From positions 137,341 to 146,202 of the forward strand of contig NZ_CP104096.1 in NCBI RefSeq assembly GCF_033370915.1: DNA of 8,862 nucleotides, in the 5' to 3' direction. This document shows, in pieces, positions 1 to 7,441 of this stretch; the stretch's first letter is position 1, and each line of letters opens with the position of its first letter. This DNA comes from Candidatus Saccharimonadota bacterium (lineage in GTDB: Bacteria > Bacteroidota > Bacteroidia > Flavobacteriales > Blattabacteriaceae). Made by a program: the position numbers and the translations under genes. The notes beneath the pieces were generated by a model. That model did not search any database. It saw nothing but the letters and a program-made list of their open reading frames with translations, and had not been told where the DNA came from.

Positions 1-830
1 ATTTTAAGATAATTATATTTTTTTTCTTCATTTATTTTTTCATTATTGTTTTTTTCTTCATTTATTTTTTCATTATTGTTTTTTTCTTCATTTATTTTTT
101 CATTATTGTTTTTTTCTTCATTTATTTTTTTATTATTGTTTTTTTCTTCATTTATTTTTTTTATAATAGAATTAAATAAAATTTTAAATATAATTTTTAT
201 TGATTTTGATGAATCATCATTTGCTGGAATAGGTAAATTTATATTTTCAGGAGAAGAATCACTATCTACAATACCTATAATATATATAAATTTTTTATTT
301 GCTTCTTTAACTGCTATTTTTTCTTTTTTTACATCTACAATAATTACTAATAAAGGTATTTTAAACATATTATATATCGAACCAAATTTTTTATCAATTT
401 TATCATATTTTCTATCTATATATTTTATTTCTTTTTTTGATAAATATTTATAAATTTTTTTTCTTTTATTTTCTATATTTTTTTTTTGTTTTATAGATAG
501 TTTAGTAATTTTAATATTAGTTAATAAACCTGCTGGCCATTTATAGTTTATATAAGGCATATTAAGTATTTGAGCATATTCTTTAATTACATCTTTAATT
601 ATTTGTTTAGTTCCGACAAATAATATATAACAACCAATATTAATAAAATATTTTAAAATATTTTTAGCTTTTTTTATATTTTTAAAAAAATTAATAGGAT
701 TTAAAAGGTCTATATTATTTTTTTTTAATAATATATATTTAGACATTTTAGGATGTCTATAAGAAGATTTATGACCTAATAATATATTATATTTAAATAT
801 TTGATTTAATAATTTTTTATTTTTTATCAT
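1..830 (-). CDS. rpsB: 30S ribosomal protein S2, 3' end beyond the left window edge
   Basis: It is missing from the ORF track because no stop codon occurs inside the window. My hand translation from the ATG at 830..828 gives MIKNKKLLNQIFKYNILLGHKSSYRHPKMSKYILLKKNNIDLLNP...CYILFVGTKQ...YINYKWPAGLLTN...LSKKE...IPLLVIIVDVKKEKIAVKEANKKFIYIIGIVDSDSSPENINLPIPANDDSSKSIKIIF. This matches the S2 family pattern (GHxxxxWxPKM, LFVGTK, RWxGGxLTN, IPxNDDxxxSI). It sits directly downstream of rplM-rpsI. The frame stays open through the tandem repeat to position 1. Confidence 0.85.
   Translation of the reverse strand, partial: MIKNKKLLNQIFKYNILLGHKSSYRHPKMSKYILLKKNNIDLLNPINFFKNIKKAKNILKYFINIGCYILFVGTKQIIKDVIKEYAQILNMPYINYKWPAGLLTNIKITKLSIKQKKNIENKRKKIYKYLSKKEIKYIDRKYDKIDKKFGSIYNMFKIPLLVIIVDVKKEKIAVKEANKKFIYIIGIVDSDSSPENINLPIPANDDSSKSIKIIFKILFNSIIKKINEEKNNNKKINEEKNNNEKINEEKNNNEKINEEKNNNEKINEEKKYNYLK
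21..160. repeat. 30-bp tandem repeat, about 4.7 copies, inside the rpsB 3' region
   Basis: The unit is tttttcttcatttattttttcattattgtt. Copies at 21-50, 51-80 and 81-110 are identical. The copy at 111-140 has one substitution (c>t at 131). A 20-nt partial copy lies at 141-160, and a degenerate partial copy at 11-20. On the minus strand each unit reads in frame as NNNEKNNEEK. Confidence 0.95.
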
Positions 831-843
831 TATTAATTTAATT

Positions 844-1248
844 TTAACGTTTAGAAAATTGAAATTTTTTTCTAGATTTTTTTCTTCCATATTTTTTTCT
901 TTCAACTATTCTTGAATCTCTAGTTAAAAGATTATATTTTTTTAAAATTTTTTTATATTTTATATTAATATTACAAATTACTCTAGAAATAGCTAAAATA
1001 ATAGCTTCAGATTGTCCAGTAAAACCTCCTCCTTTAACATTAATTATAATATTATTATATTTATTAATTAGTTTAGTTAATATAAAAGGATATAAAATTT
1101 TATATTTTATAATTTTATTATTTTTAAAATAAATATTTATATCTTTATTATTAATAATAAATTTATTAGTTTTATTATTTTTAACATTTACATATATTAA
1201 AGCTACTGATGTTTTTCTTTTCCCTTTAGCATGATAATATTTTATCAT
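844..1248 (-). CDS. rpsI: 30S ribosomal protein S9
   Basis: 134-aa ORF. The C-terminus LTRDSRIVERKKYGRKKSRKKFQFSKR is the canonical S9 tail (RDxRxxERKKxGxxKARxxxQxSKR), and an internal GGGFTGQSEAI motif is present. It follows rplM with a TAATG stop/start overlap at 1248. Confidence 0.92.
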   Translation of the reverse strand: MIKYYHAKGKRKTSVALIYVNVKNNKTNKFIINNKDINIYFKNNKIIKYKILYPFILTKLINKYNNIIINVKGGGFTGQSEAIILAISRVICNINIKYKKILKKYNLLTRDSRIVERKKYGRKKSRKKFQFSKR

Positions 1249-1682
1249 TATTTTAAAAATTTAATTTTTTTAATATTAAAATTATGATTACTATCATTAA
1301 ATATAAATATATTTTTTTTTACATATTTACCTAATAAATTTTTAGGTAACATTCTATATATAGATTTTTTAATTAAAAAACTAGGATTTTTTTTAAATAA
1401 ATAATACATTGTATATTGTTTTTTATTTCCTATATAGCCAGTATATTTATAATATATTTTTTTTTTAATTTTTTTATTATCTATTTTAATTTTTTTAGCA
1501 TTTATAATAATTATTTTATTTGTAAAACTATAATTAGGTGTATATTTAGGAGAATTTTTTCCAATTATTAATTTAATTATTTGTGAACATAATCTGCCTA
1601 ATATTTTATTATTAGCATCTATTAAATATATTTGTTTTTTATTATTGAAATAATATTTAGTTTTAAATGTTAAATACTTCAT
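1248..1682 (-). CDS. rplM: 50S ribosomal protein L13
   Basis: 144-aa ORF. The segments IYLIDANNKILGRLCSQIIKLIIGKNSPKYTPN, IIIINAKKI, YYKYTGYIGNKK and MLPKNLLG match the L13 pattern (WxxIDAxxxxLGRLAS...GKxKxxxTP, MLPKNxLG). It is the first gene of the rplM-rpsI-rpsB string. Confidence 0.9.
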   Translation of the reverse strand: MKYLTFKTKYYFNNKKQIYLIDANNKILGRLCSQIIKLIIGKNSPKYTPNYSFTNKIIIINAKKIKIDNKKIKKKIYYKYTGYIGNKKQYTMYYLFKKNPSFLIKKSIYRMLPKNLLGKYVKKNIFIFNDSNHNFNIKKIKFLK

Positions 1683-1719
1683 ATTTTATTAAATTATTAT
1701 TAATAATAAAAATATAATT

Positions 1720-3636
1720 ATGAATAATAAAATAATTGGTATTGATTTAGGGACTACTAATTCATGCGTTTCAGTTATTGAAGGGCAAAATCCAGTAGTA
1801 ATACCTAATTCAGAAGGTAAAAGAACAACTCCATCAATAGTTGCTTTTACTGAAAATAATACAAAAAAAATTGGAGATCCAGCAAAAAGACAATCAGTTA
1901 CTAATCCTAAAAAAACTATTTATTCAATTAAAAGATTTATAGGTAGAAAATATGATGAAATTAAAGATGAAATTAAAAATTTTACATATATAATAAAAAA
2001 AGGTAAAAATGACACACCTTGCGTAGAAATTGATAATAAATTATATACTCCTCAAGAAATATCAGCAATGATATTACAACAATTAAAAAAAAATGCTGAG
2101 GATTATTTAGGTATTAAAATTAATAAAGCCGTTATTACTGTACCTGCTTATTTTAATGATGCACAAAGACAAGCTACAAAAGAAGCTGGTGAAATAGCAG
2201 GTTTAAATGTAGAAAGAATAATTAACGAACCTACAGCTGCATCATTAGCATATGGAATAGATAAAAATAAAAATAATAAAAAAATAGCAGTATATGATTT
2301 AGGTGGTGGTACATTTGATATTTCAATTTTAGAATTAGGAGATGGTGTTTTTGAAGTATTATCTACAAATGGAGATACATATTTAGGTGGTGATGATTTT
2401 GATCAAATATTAATTGATTGGTTAGTTGATGATTTTTATAAAAAAGAAAATATTAATTTAAAAGAAGATTTAATAGCTTATCAAAGATTAAAAGAAGCTG
2501 CTGAAAAAGCAAAAATTGAATTATCATCTAGTTTACAAACAGAAATAAATTTACCATATATTACTTCTAATAATAAAGGACCTAAACATTTAATTAAAAA
2601 TATTACTAGATCTAAATTTGAAAAATTATCATATAATTTAATTGAAAAAACTTTATTACCTTGTGAAAAAGCATTAAAAGATGCTAAATTAAATATTAAT
2701 GATATTGATGAAATAATATTAGTAGGAGGATCAACAAGAATACCTAAAATACAAGAAAAAGTAGAAAAATTTTTTAATAAAAAACCTTCAAAAGGTGTTA
2801 ATCCAGATGAAGTAGTAGCTATTGGAGCAGCTATACAAGGGGGAGTATTAACAGGTGATGTAAAAGATGTATTATTATTAGATGTTACACCGTTATCATT
2901 AGGTATAGAAACATTAGGTGGAGTATTTACTAAATTAATAGAAGCTAATACAACTATACCTACTAAAAAATCTGAAATATTTTCAACAGCAACTGATAAT
3001 CAATCAGTAGTTACTATAAAAGTAGGTCAAGGAGAAAGACCAATGTTTAAAGATAATAAAGAAATAGGAAGATTTGATTTAATTAATATTCCATTAGCTC
3101 CTAGAGGAGTACCTCAAATAGAAGTTACTTTTGATATAGATGCTAATGGTATTTTAAATGTATCAGCTACTGACAAAGGTACAAATAAAAAACAATATAT
3201 TAAAATTAAACCATCTTCAGGTTTAAATAAAGAAGATATTGAAAAAATGAAAAAAGAAGCTGAAGAAAATTATGAAAAAGATATTAAAAAAAAAGAAGAA
3301 ATAGAAAAATTAAATCTAACTGATTCTTTAATATTTCAAATAGAAAAAGAATTAGAAGAAAATAAGAAAAAAATATCTAAAGAAAACGTTAAAAAAATTA
3401 ATAATATTTTAAATAAATTAAAATCTGCTCATGTTTCAAAAAACTTAAAGGATATTGAAAAATATACTAAAAAATTAAATAATAAATGGAGTAAAATAGC
3501 AAAAGATATATATTCTAATACTACTTCTGAAAATACTTCTGATACAGAAGATACTAAAGAAGATACAGCTGATAATAAAACAGAAGATACTAAAGAAGAT
3601 AATACTAAAGACGTAGATTACGAAGAAGTTAAATAA
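1720..3636 (+). CDS. dnaK: Molecular chaperone DnaK (Hsp70)
   Basis: 638-aa ORF with intact Hsp70 signatures: [51 protein letters not shown], and an acidic tail ending DVDYEEVK. It is far more G+C-rich than its neighbours: two 60-nt lines I hand-counted gave 14 and 21 G/C. Confidence 0.97.
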   Translation: MNNKIIGIDLGTTNSCVSVIEGQNPVVIPNSEGKRTTPSIVAFTENNTKKIGDPAKRQSVTNPKKTIYSIKRFIGRKYDEIKDEIKNFTYIIKKGKNDTPCVEIDNKLYTPQEISAMILQQLKKNAEDYLGIKINKAVITVPAYFNDAQRQATKEAGEIAGLNVERIINEPTAASLAYGIDKNKNNKKIAVYDLGGGTFDISILELGDGVFEVLSTNGDTYLGGDDFDQILIDWLVDDFYKKENINLKEDLIAYQRLKEAAEKAKIELSSSLQTEINLPYITSNNKGPKHLIKNITRSKFEKLSYNLIEKTLLPCEKALKDAKLNINDIDEIILVGGSTRIPKIQEKVEKFFNKKPSKGVNPDEVVAIGAAIQGGVLTGDVKDVLLLDVTPLSLGIETLGGVFTKLIEANTTIPTKKSEIFSTATDNQSVVTIKVGQGERPMFKDNKEIGRFDLINIPLAPRGVPQIEVTFDIDANGILNVSATDKGTNKKQYIKIKPSSGLNKEDIEKMKKEAEENYEKDIKKKEEIEKLNLTDSLIFQIEKELEENKKKISKENVKKINNILNKLKSAHVSKNLKDIEKYTKKLNNKWSKIAKDIYSNTTSENTSDTEDTKEDTADNKTEDTKEDNTKDVDYEEVK

Positions 3637-3673
3637 ATAATTATTTAAAAGCATTATGCTTTTAAATAATTAT
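3637..3673. terminator. Perfect 18-bp inverted repeat between convergent dnaK and tRNA-Arg/tgt; candidate bidirectional terminator
   Basis: ataattatttaaaagcat (3637-3654), then t (3655), then atgcttttaaataattat (3656-3673). It starts on the first base after the dnaK TAA, and its last base is the 3' discriminator base of the minus-strand tRNA-Arg. There is no clean U-tract on the plus-strand side. Confidence 0.45.
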
Positions 3674-3746
3674 AACCCCGAAAGGATTTGAACCTTTAAT
3701 CTTCTGATTCGTAATCAGATATTTTATCCAATTAAACTACGGGGTT
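3673..3746 (-). tRNA. tRNA-Arg (anticodon ACG)
   Basis: The minus strand folds by hand into a 74-nt cloverleaf: AACCCCG TA GTTT AATTGGATA AAAT A TCTGA TTACGAA TCAGA AGATT AAAGG TTCAAAT CCTTT CGGGGTT A. It has a 7-bp acceptor stem, GG in the D loop, a TTCAAAT T loop, and ACG centred in a 7-nt anticodon loop. No CCA is encoded. Confidence 0.9.
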
Positions 3747-3762
3747 AATTAAAATAATTTTA

Positions 3763-4884
3763 TTATAATTTTTTTGAAATTATAGGAATAATATAATTTT
3801 TCCATTGTAAAAATGTATCATTTTTTATATGATGTCTTGCTTTTTTTATTAAAGATTTATAAAAATATAAATTATTAATAGAAGCAATAAATTTAGCTGA
3901 ATATTCATTGCATTTAAATAAATGTCTTAAATATGCTTTACTATATATATCAATATTTTTAAAATTATTATATATAGTGGTAAAATCGTATTTCCATTTT
4001 TTGTTTTTTATATTAATTATTCCTTCCCAAGTAAATAACATTCCATTTCTACCATTTCTAGTCGGTATTACACAATCAAACATATCAACTCCTAAAGATA
4101 TAGAATTTAATATATCCCAAGGCATTCCTACCCCCATTAAATATATTGGTTTATTATTAGGTAATTCATTAATTACATATTTAATAATTTTATACATTTC
4201 TTTTTTAGTTTCACCTACTTGTAAACCACCTATTGCATAGCCATCTAATTTTAATTTTGATGTTTTAATAGTATATTTAATTCTTATATCTTTATATAAT
4301 CCCCCTTGTATTATACCAAATAAATATTGATTATGGTTATAAATTTTTTTTTTTTTATTAAAATAATATAAACATTTAATTAACCAATTATAAGATCTTT
4401 CAGTAGCAATTTTAACATAATTTTTACTAGTATTATATATTATACATTCATCAAATGAAGTAATTATATCAGAACCTATATATTTTTGTATATTTATTGA
4501 TTTTTTAGGTGTAAAAAAATAATTTTTACCATTTTTATAACTTTTTATATTAGCACCATATTTATTAATTTTTTTAGGATTACATAATGAATATACTTGA
4601 AAACCACCACTATCAGTAATAATAGGATTATTCCATTTCATAAATGAATGTAATCCACCAGATTTATAAATTATTTTTATACCTGGTTCTATATTTAGAT
4701 GAAAAGTATTACTTAATATTATTTCAGGATTTATAATATCTAAATATTCTTTATTTATAGTTTTTATATATCCTTTTGTAGCTATTGGCATAAAAATAGG
4801 AGTATTTACTTTTCCATGATCAGTTAAAAAATATCCTACTCTTGCATTTGATTTTTTATCTTTATGTAAAATTTTAAAATACAT
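3763..4884 (-). CDS. tgt: Queuine/preQ1 tRNA-ribosyltransferase (tRNA-guanine transglycosylase)
   Basis: 373-aa ORF with Tgt family motifs: ARVGYFLTDHGKVNTPIFMPIAT, ITDSGGFQVYSL, SFDEC, FGIIQGG, DGYAIGGLQVGE, PIYLMGVGMPWD, GVDMFDCVIPTRNGRNG, YSKAYLRHL. Confidence 0.92.
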   Translation of the reverse strand: MYFKILHKDKKSNARVGYFLTDHGKVNTPIFMPIATKGYIKTINKEYLDIINPEIILSNTFHLNIEPGIKIIYKSGGLHSFMKWNNPIITDSGGFQVYSLCNPKKINKYGANIKSYKNGKNYFFTPKKSINIQKYIGSDIITSFDECIIYNTSKNYVKIATERSYNWLIKCLYYFNKKKKIYNHNQYLFGIIQGGLYKDIRIKYTIKTSKLKLDGYAIGGLQVGETKKEMYKIIKYVINELPNNKPIYLMGVGMPWDILNSISLGVDMFDCVIPTRNGRNGMLFTWEGIINIKNKKWKYDFTTIYNNFKNIDIYSKAYLRHLFKCNEYSAKFIASINNLYFYKSLIKKARHHIKNDTFLQWKNYIIPIISKKL

Positions 4885-4886
4885 TA

Positions 4887-5226
4887 TTTAATATAATGTT
4901 TTAAACCTAGCTTTATACCATTAATATGTTCTTCTTGATGATTTATTCTACCAATATTTTTAACCATAATATTCATGTCTATATAATAATAATACTATAT
5001 CAGCATCTTGTTCGACCATGAATTATTATAATAATAATATTTAAAATTAATTTATTTAGCTGTTAAATATTATTTTTTTTAAATATTTTAAGTAGAACAT
5101 TATAATTAATTGATAATTAGACATTTATAATGAAAAAAATGCTATTTGAATTAAAGCTAAAGAAGTTTTTACCAGGTCGCAATAAACTCATATTTTTGTA
5201 AACCAAAAATATAAATACAGCACCTC
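4887..5226 (-). pseudogene. dnaB: Eroded remnant of replicative DNA helicase DnaB, with multiple frameshifts, in-frame stops and large internal deletions
   Basis: Minus-strand translations give LLRPG (5171-5185). After a 1-nt frame slip they give KTSLALIQIAFFSL*MS (5119-5169), compared with DnaB Walker A and downstream RPxMGKTxFALN...FSLEMS. A further block FMVEQDADIVLLLYRHEYYG* (4960-5022) compares with SGxIEQDADxVxFxYRDEYY. No frame is open across the region, which fills the whole tgt/pheT spacer. Confidence 0.7.
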
Positions 5227-5233
5227 ATGTAAA

Positions 5234-7441
5234 TTATTTTTTTATTTTAGCATTTAATTTATTTTTAAATAAATTAATTAATATTAATAATATATTATTA
5301 ATATATTTTTTTTTTTTTCCATATTTATTTTTTATAATAAAACGAATAGTATAAGATTTTTTATTTTTTGGTAAATTCTTTTTATATATATCAAATAAAT
5401 ATATATTTATTAATTTATCTTTTAATTTTTTTTTAGCTAATAAATAAAAATCATTAAAATATATATTTTTATCAATTATAAATGATAAATCTTTTTTAAA
5501 AAATTGATATTTATTAATTTTTTTATATTTTATAATTTTATTATTTATTATTTTAAATAAATTATTAATATTTATTATAGCTAAATATATATTTTGATTA
5601 ATATATAATTTTTTTAATTTACCAAATTTAATTATTTGTATATTTTTATATTTTAAAATTATTTTAGTTTCAAATATTTTACTATTATATATAATTAATT
5701 TATTATATTTTTTTATACCTACTTTTTCTAGTATTAAATTTAATATATCATATAAATTATGTAAAGTTTTTAAATAATTATTATTTTTATTAGTTAATAA
5801 TATTTCTATATTTTTTTTTTCTATAATTTTATTTTTTTTTTTAATATAAATATTACCTTTTTCAAAAATTTTAATTGAATTAATTTTTCTATTAATATTA
5901 TAAATTATATTATTAATCATTTTTATAAATAAATAATTTCTTAAAAAGGTTAATTTATCTTTTAATGAAATTAAATTTTTATAATTTAAATTTAATAATT
6001 CATTTTTTTTAACAAAAGGTGTATTAATAACTTGATAAAATCCATAATTTATTAATAAGTTGATAATTTTATTTTCAATATTTTCTATTTTTAAATAATT
6101 ATTATTTATATAATTATTGTAATTTATTAAAGTATTATTTTTTTTTTTATATATATTATTTATTCCATAAAATCTAATAATATCATTAATAATATTAATT
6201 TTTTTATTAATATTATATTTAAATAAATTTTTATTTATTAAAATAATATATTTTTTATTATATAATTTTATTTTATAATTTAAAAAAAATAATATTTTTA
6301 ATATTTTTTTTATTGATATTTTTATTCCAATTAATTTATTAATATAACTTAATTTAAGTTTTATAATATTATTATGAATTTTATATTTTTTATAATTAAA
6401 TACATTATTTATATTTTTTATATTTAAAATATTTAAATATTTTTTTAATATATATATATATATATTAGATTTAGGTAATATAATAATATTATTATATATT
6501 TTAGTAATATTATTATTAATATTATATTTATTAATTATATATCTTATTTTATTTTTTTTATATAAAGTAAAAGATATCAATAAATTTTTAGTATTATTAT
6601 TTATTTTATTTTTATAACTATTTATAATATTTGCAAAATAAATAGGCAAATTATTATAAAATAATATTATATTTTTATTTTTTTTTAATAAAAATTTTTT
6701 TTTATTTTCAGTAATAAAATTAATATTTTTATTATTTTCTTTAATAATTAATTTATGGTTACTATCTTTTAAATTTATAATTTCTATTGGAATTCCTATT
6801 TCTTTAATAATAATATTTTTAATATCTATAATATTATTTATTGGTTTTATATTTGATAAAACTAATTTTTTTTGAATAAAAAAATTAGATAATTTAAATT
6901 TAAAATTATTAATTAAAAAGGTATTATAATATAAAATATTTTTACTTTTTATTTTAAAATTAATTTTATTAAAATATTTAATTTTAATATTTTTAATATT
7001 TATTATTTTAGTTTTAATATTTTTATATTTTAAATATGAATAAATTTCTCTACTTAAATAATAATAATAAGATAAATAACTAATATTATGAGGAATATTA
7101 GTATGAATGATATAATCATAATCATTTTCTTTACATACTATAAAATATTGTTTATTTATTTTTTCTATTAATATTTTAATATTATTTTTTATATATTTTT
7201 TATTATATACATAAAGTATTTCATTATTTTTTGTTTTAATTTTAAATTTATAAAAATTATTTATTTTTTTTATTTTTATTATTTTACCTAAAATTATATT
7301 TTTATTATAATTATAATTAATTGGATAAATTTTTTTAATTGATAAAATTTCAATACCAATATCATTTAATAAATTATATAAATTATTAATTTTATAATTA
7401 AAAAAAATAAATTCTTTTATCCAACTAAATAAAAATTTCAT
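5234..7441 (-). CDS. pheT: Phenylalanine--tRNA ligase beta subunit, highly diverged
   Basis: 735-aa ORF. The N-terminus MKFLFSWIKEFI matches the canonical PheT start (MKxSxxWLKEY). IIDIKNIIIKEIGIPIEIINLKD resembles the B3/B4 motif xDxTNYxxxExGQPxHxFD. The C-terminal KSYTIRFIIKN resembles the FDX-ACB domain KSxAxRxxFQ. It is somewhat shorter than the roughly 800 aa I recall as typical. Confidence 0.8.
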   Translation of the reverse strand: MKFLFSWIKEFIFFNYKINNLYNLLNDIGIEILSIKKIYPINYNYNKNIILGKIIKIKKINNFYKFKIKTKNNEILYVYNKKYIKNNIKILIEKINKQYFIVCKENDYDYIIHTNIPHNISYLSYYYYLSREIYSYLKYKNIKTKIINIKNIKIKYFNKINFKIKSKNILYYNTFLINNFKFKLSNFFIQKKLVLSNIKPINNIIDIKNIIIKEIGIPIEIINLKDSNHKLIIKENNKNINFITENKKKFLLKKNKNIILFYNNLPIYFANIINSYKNKINNNTKNLLISFTLYKKNKIRYIINKYNINNNITKIYNNIIILPKSNIYIYILKKYLNILNIKNINNVFNYKKYKIHNNIIKLKLSYINKLIGIKISIKKILKILFFLNYKIKLYNKKYIILINKNLFKYNINKKINIINDIIRFYGINNIYKKKNNTLINYNNYINNNYLKIENIENKIINLLINYGFYQVINTPFVKKNELLNLNYKNLISLKDKLTFLRNYLFIKMINNIIYNINRKINSIKIFEKGNIYIKKKNKIIEKKNIEILLTNKNNNYLKTLHNLYDILNLILEKVGIKKYNKLIIYNSKIFETKIILKYKNIQIIKFGKLKKLYINQNIYLAIININNLFKIINNKIIKYKKINKYQFFKKDLSFIIDKNIYFNDFYLLAKKKLKDKLINIYLFDIYKKNLPKNKKSYTIRFIIKNKYGKKKKYINNILLILINLFKNKLNAKIKK

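Noticed and set aside
21-160. Regularly spaced 30-bp repeats as a possible CRISPR array.
   Set aside because: The units are directly contiguous with no spacers. They are not palindromic, they lie in frame within rpsB, and no cas genes are nearby. This is a coding tandem repeat.
46-453. 135-aa plus-strand ORF from the track (MFFSSFIFSLLFF...).
   Set aside because: It is antisense to a well-supported rpsB frame. Its F/S/L-rich sequence is just the complement of the Lys/Asn/Glu codons and of the 30-bp repeat, and it has no motif of its own.
3544-3601. 22-bp direct repeat (acagaagatactaaagaagata, offset 36 nt) in the dnaK 3' end.
   Set aside because: It encodes TEDTKED twice in the normally low-complexity acidic DnaK tail. 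This is an ordinary feature of Hsp70 C-termini and too small to interpret.
3908-4240. 110-aa plus-strand ORF inside tgt.
   Set aside because: It lies entirely antisense to the conserved core of tgt. This is an expected by-product of the T-rich non-coding strand, where stop codons are depleted.
4885-5233. The relatively G+C-rich spacer as a structured ncRNA (RNase P RNA, tmRNA, SRP RNA).
   Set aside because: I found none of the conserved cores: no GAGGAAAGTCC-like P4 element, no tRNA-like GGTTCGAxTCC...ACCA end, and no SRP GGAA/GNAR hairpin. The G+C-rich patches are explained by DnaB motif codons.
7438-7441. Possibility of an alternative genetic code (TGA = Trp), as in some tiny symbiont genomes.
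   Set aside because: All conserved genes are full length under the standard code. Conserved Trp positions use TGG (for example KW in rpsB and MKW in tgt). TGA serves as the dnaN stop in the ATGA overlap.
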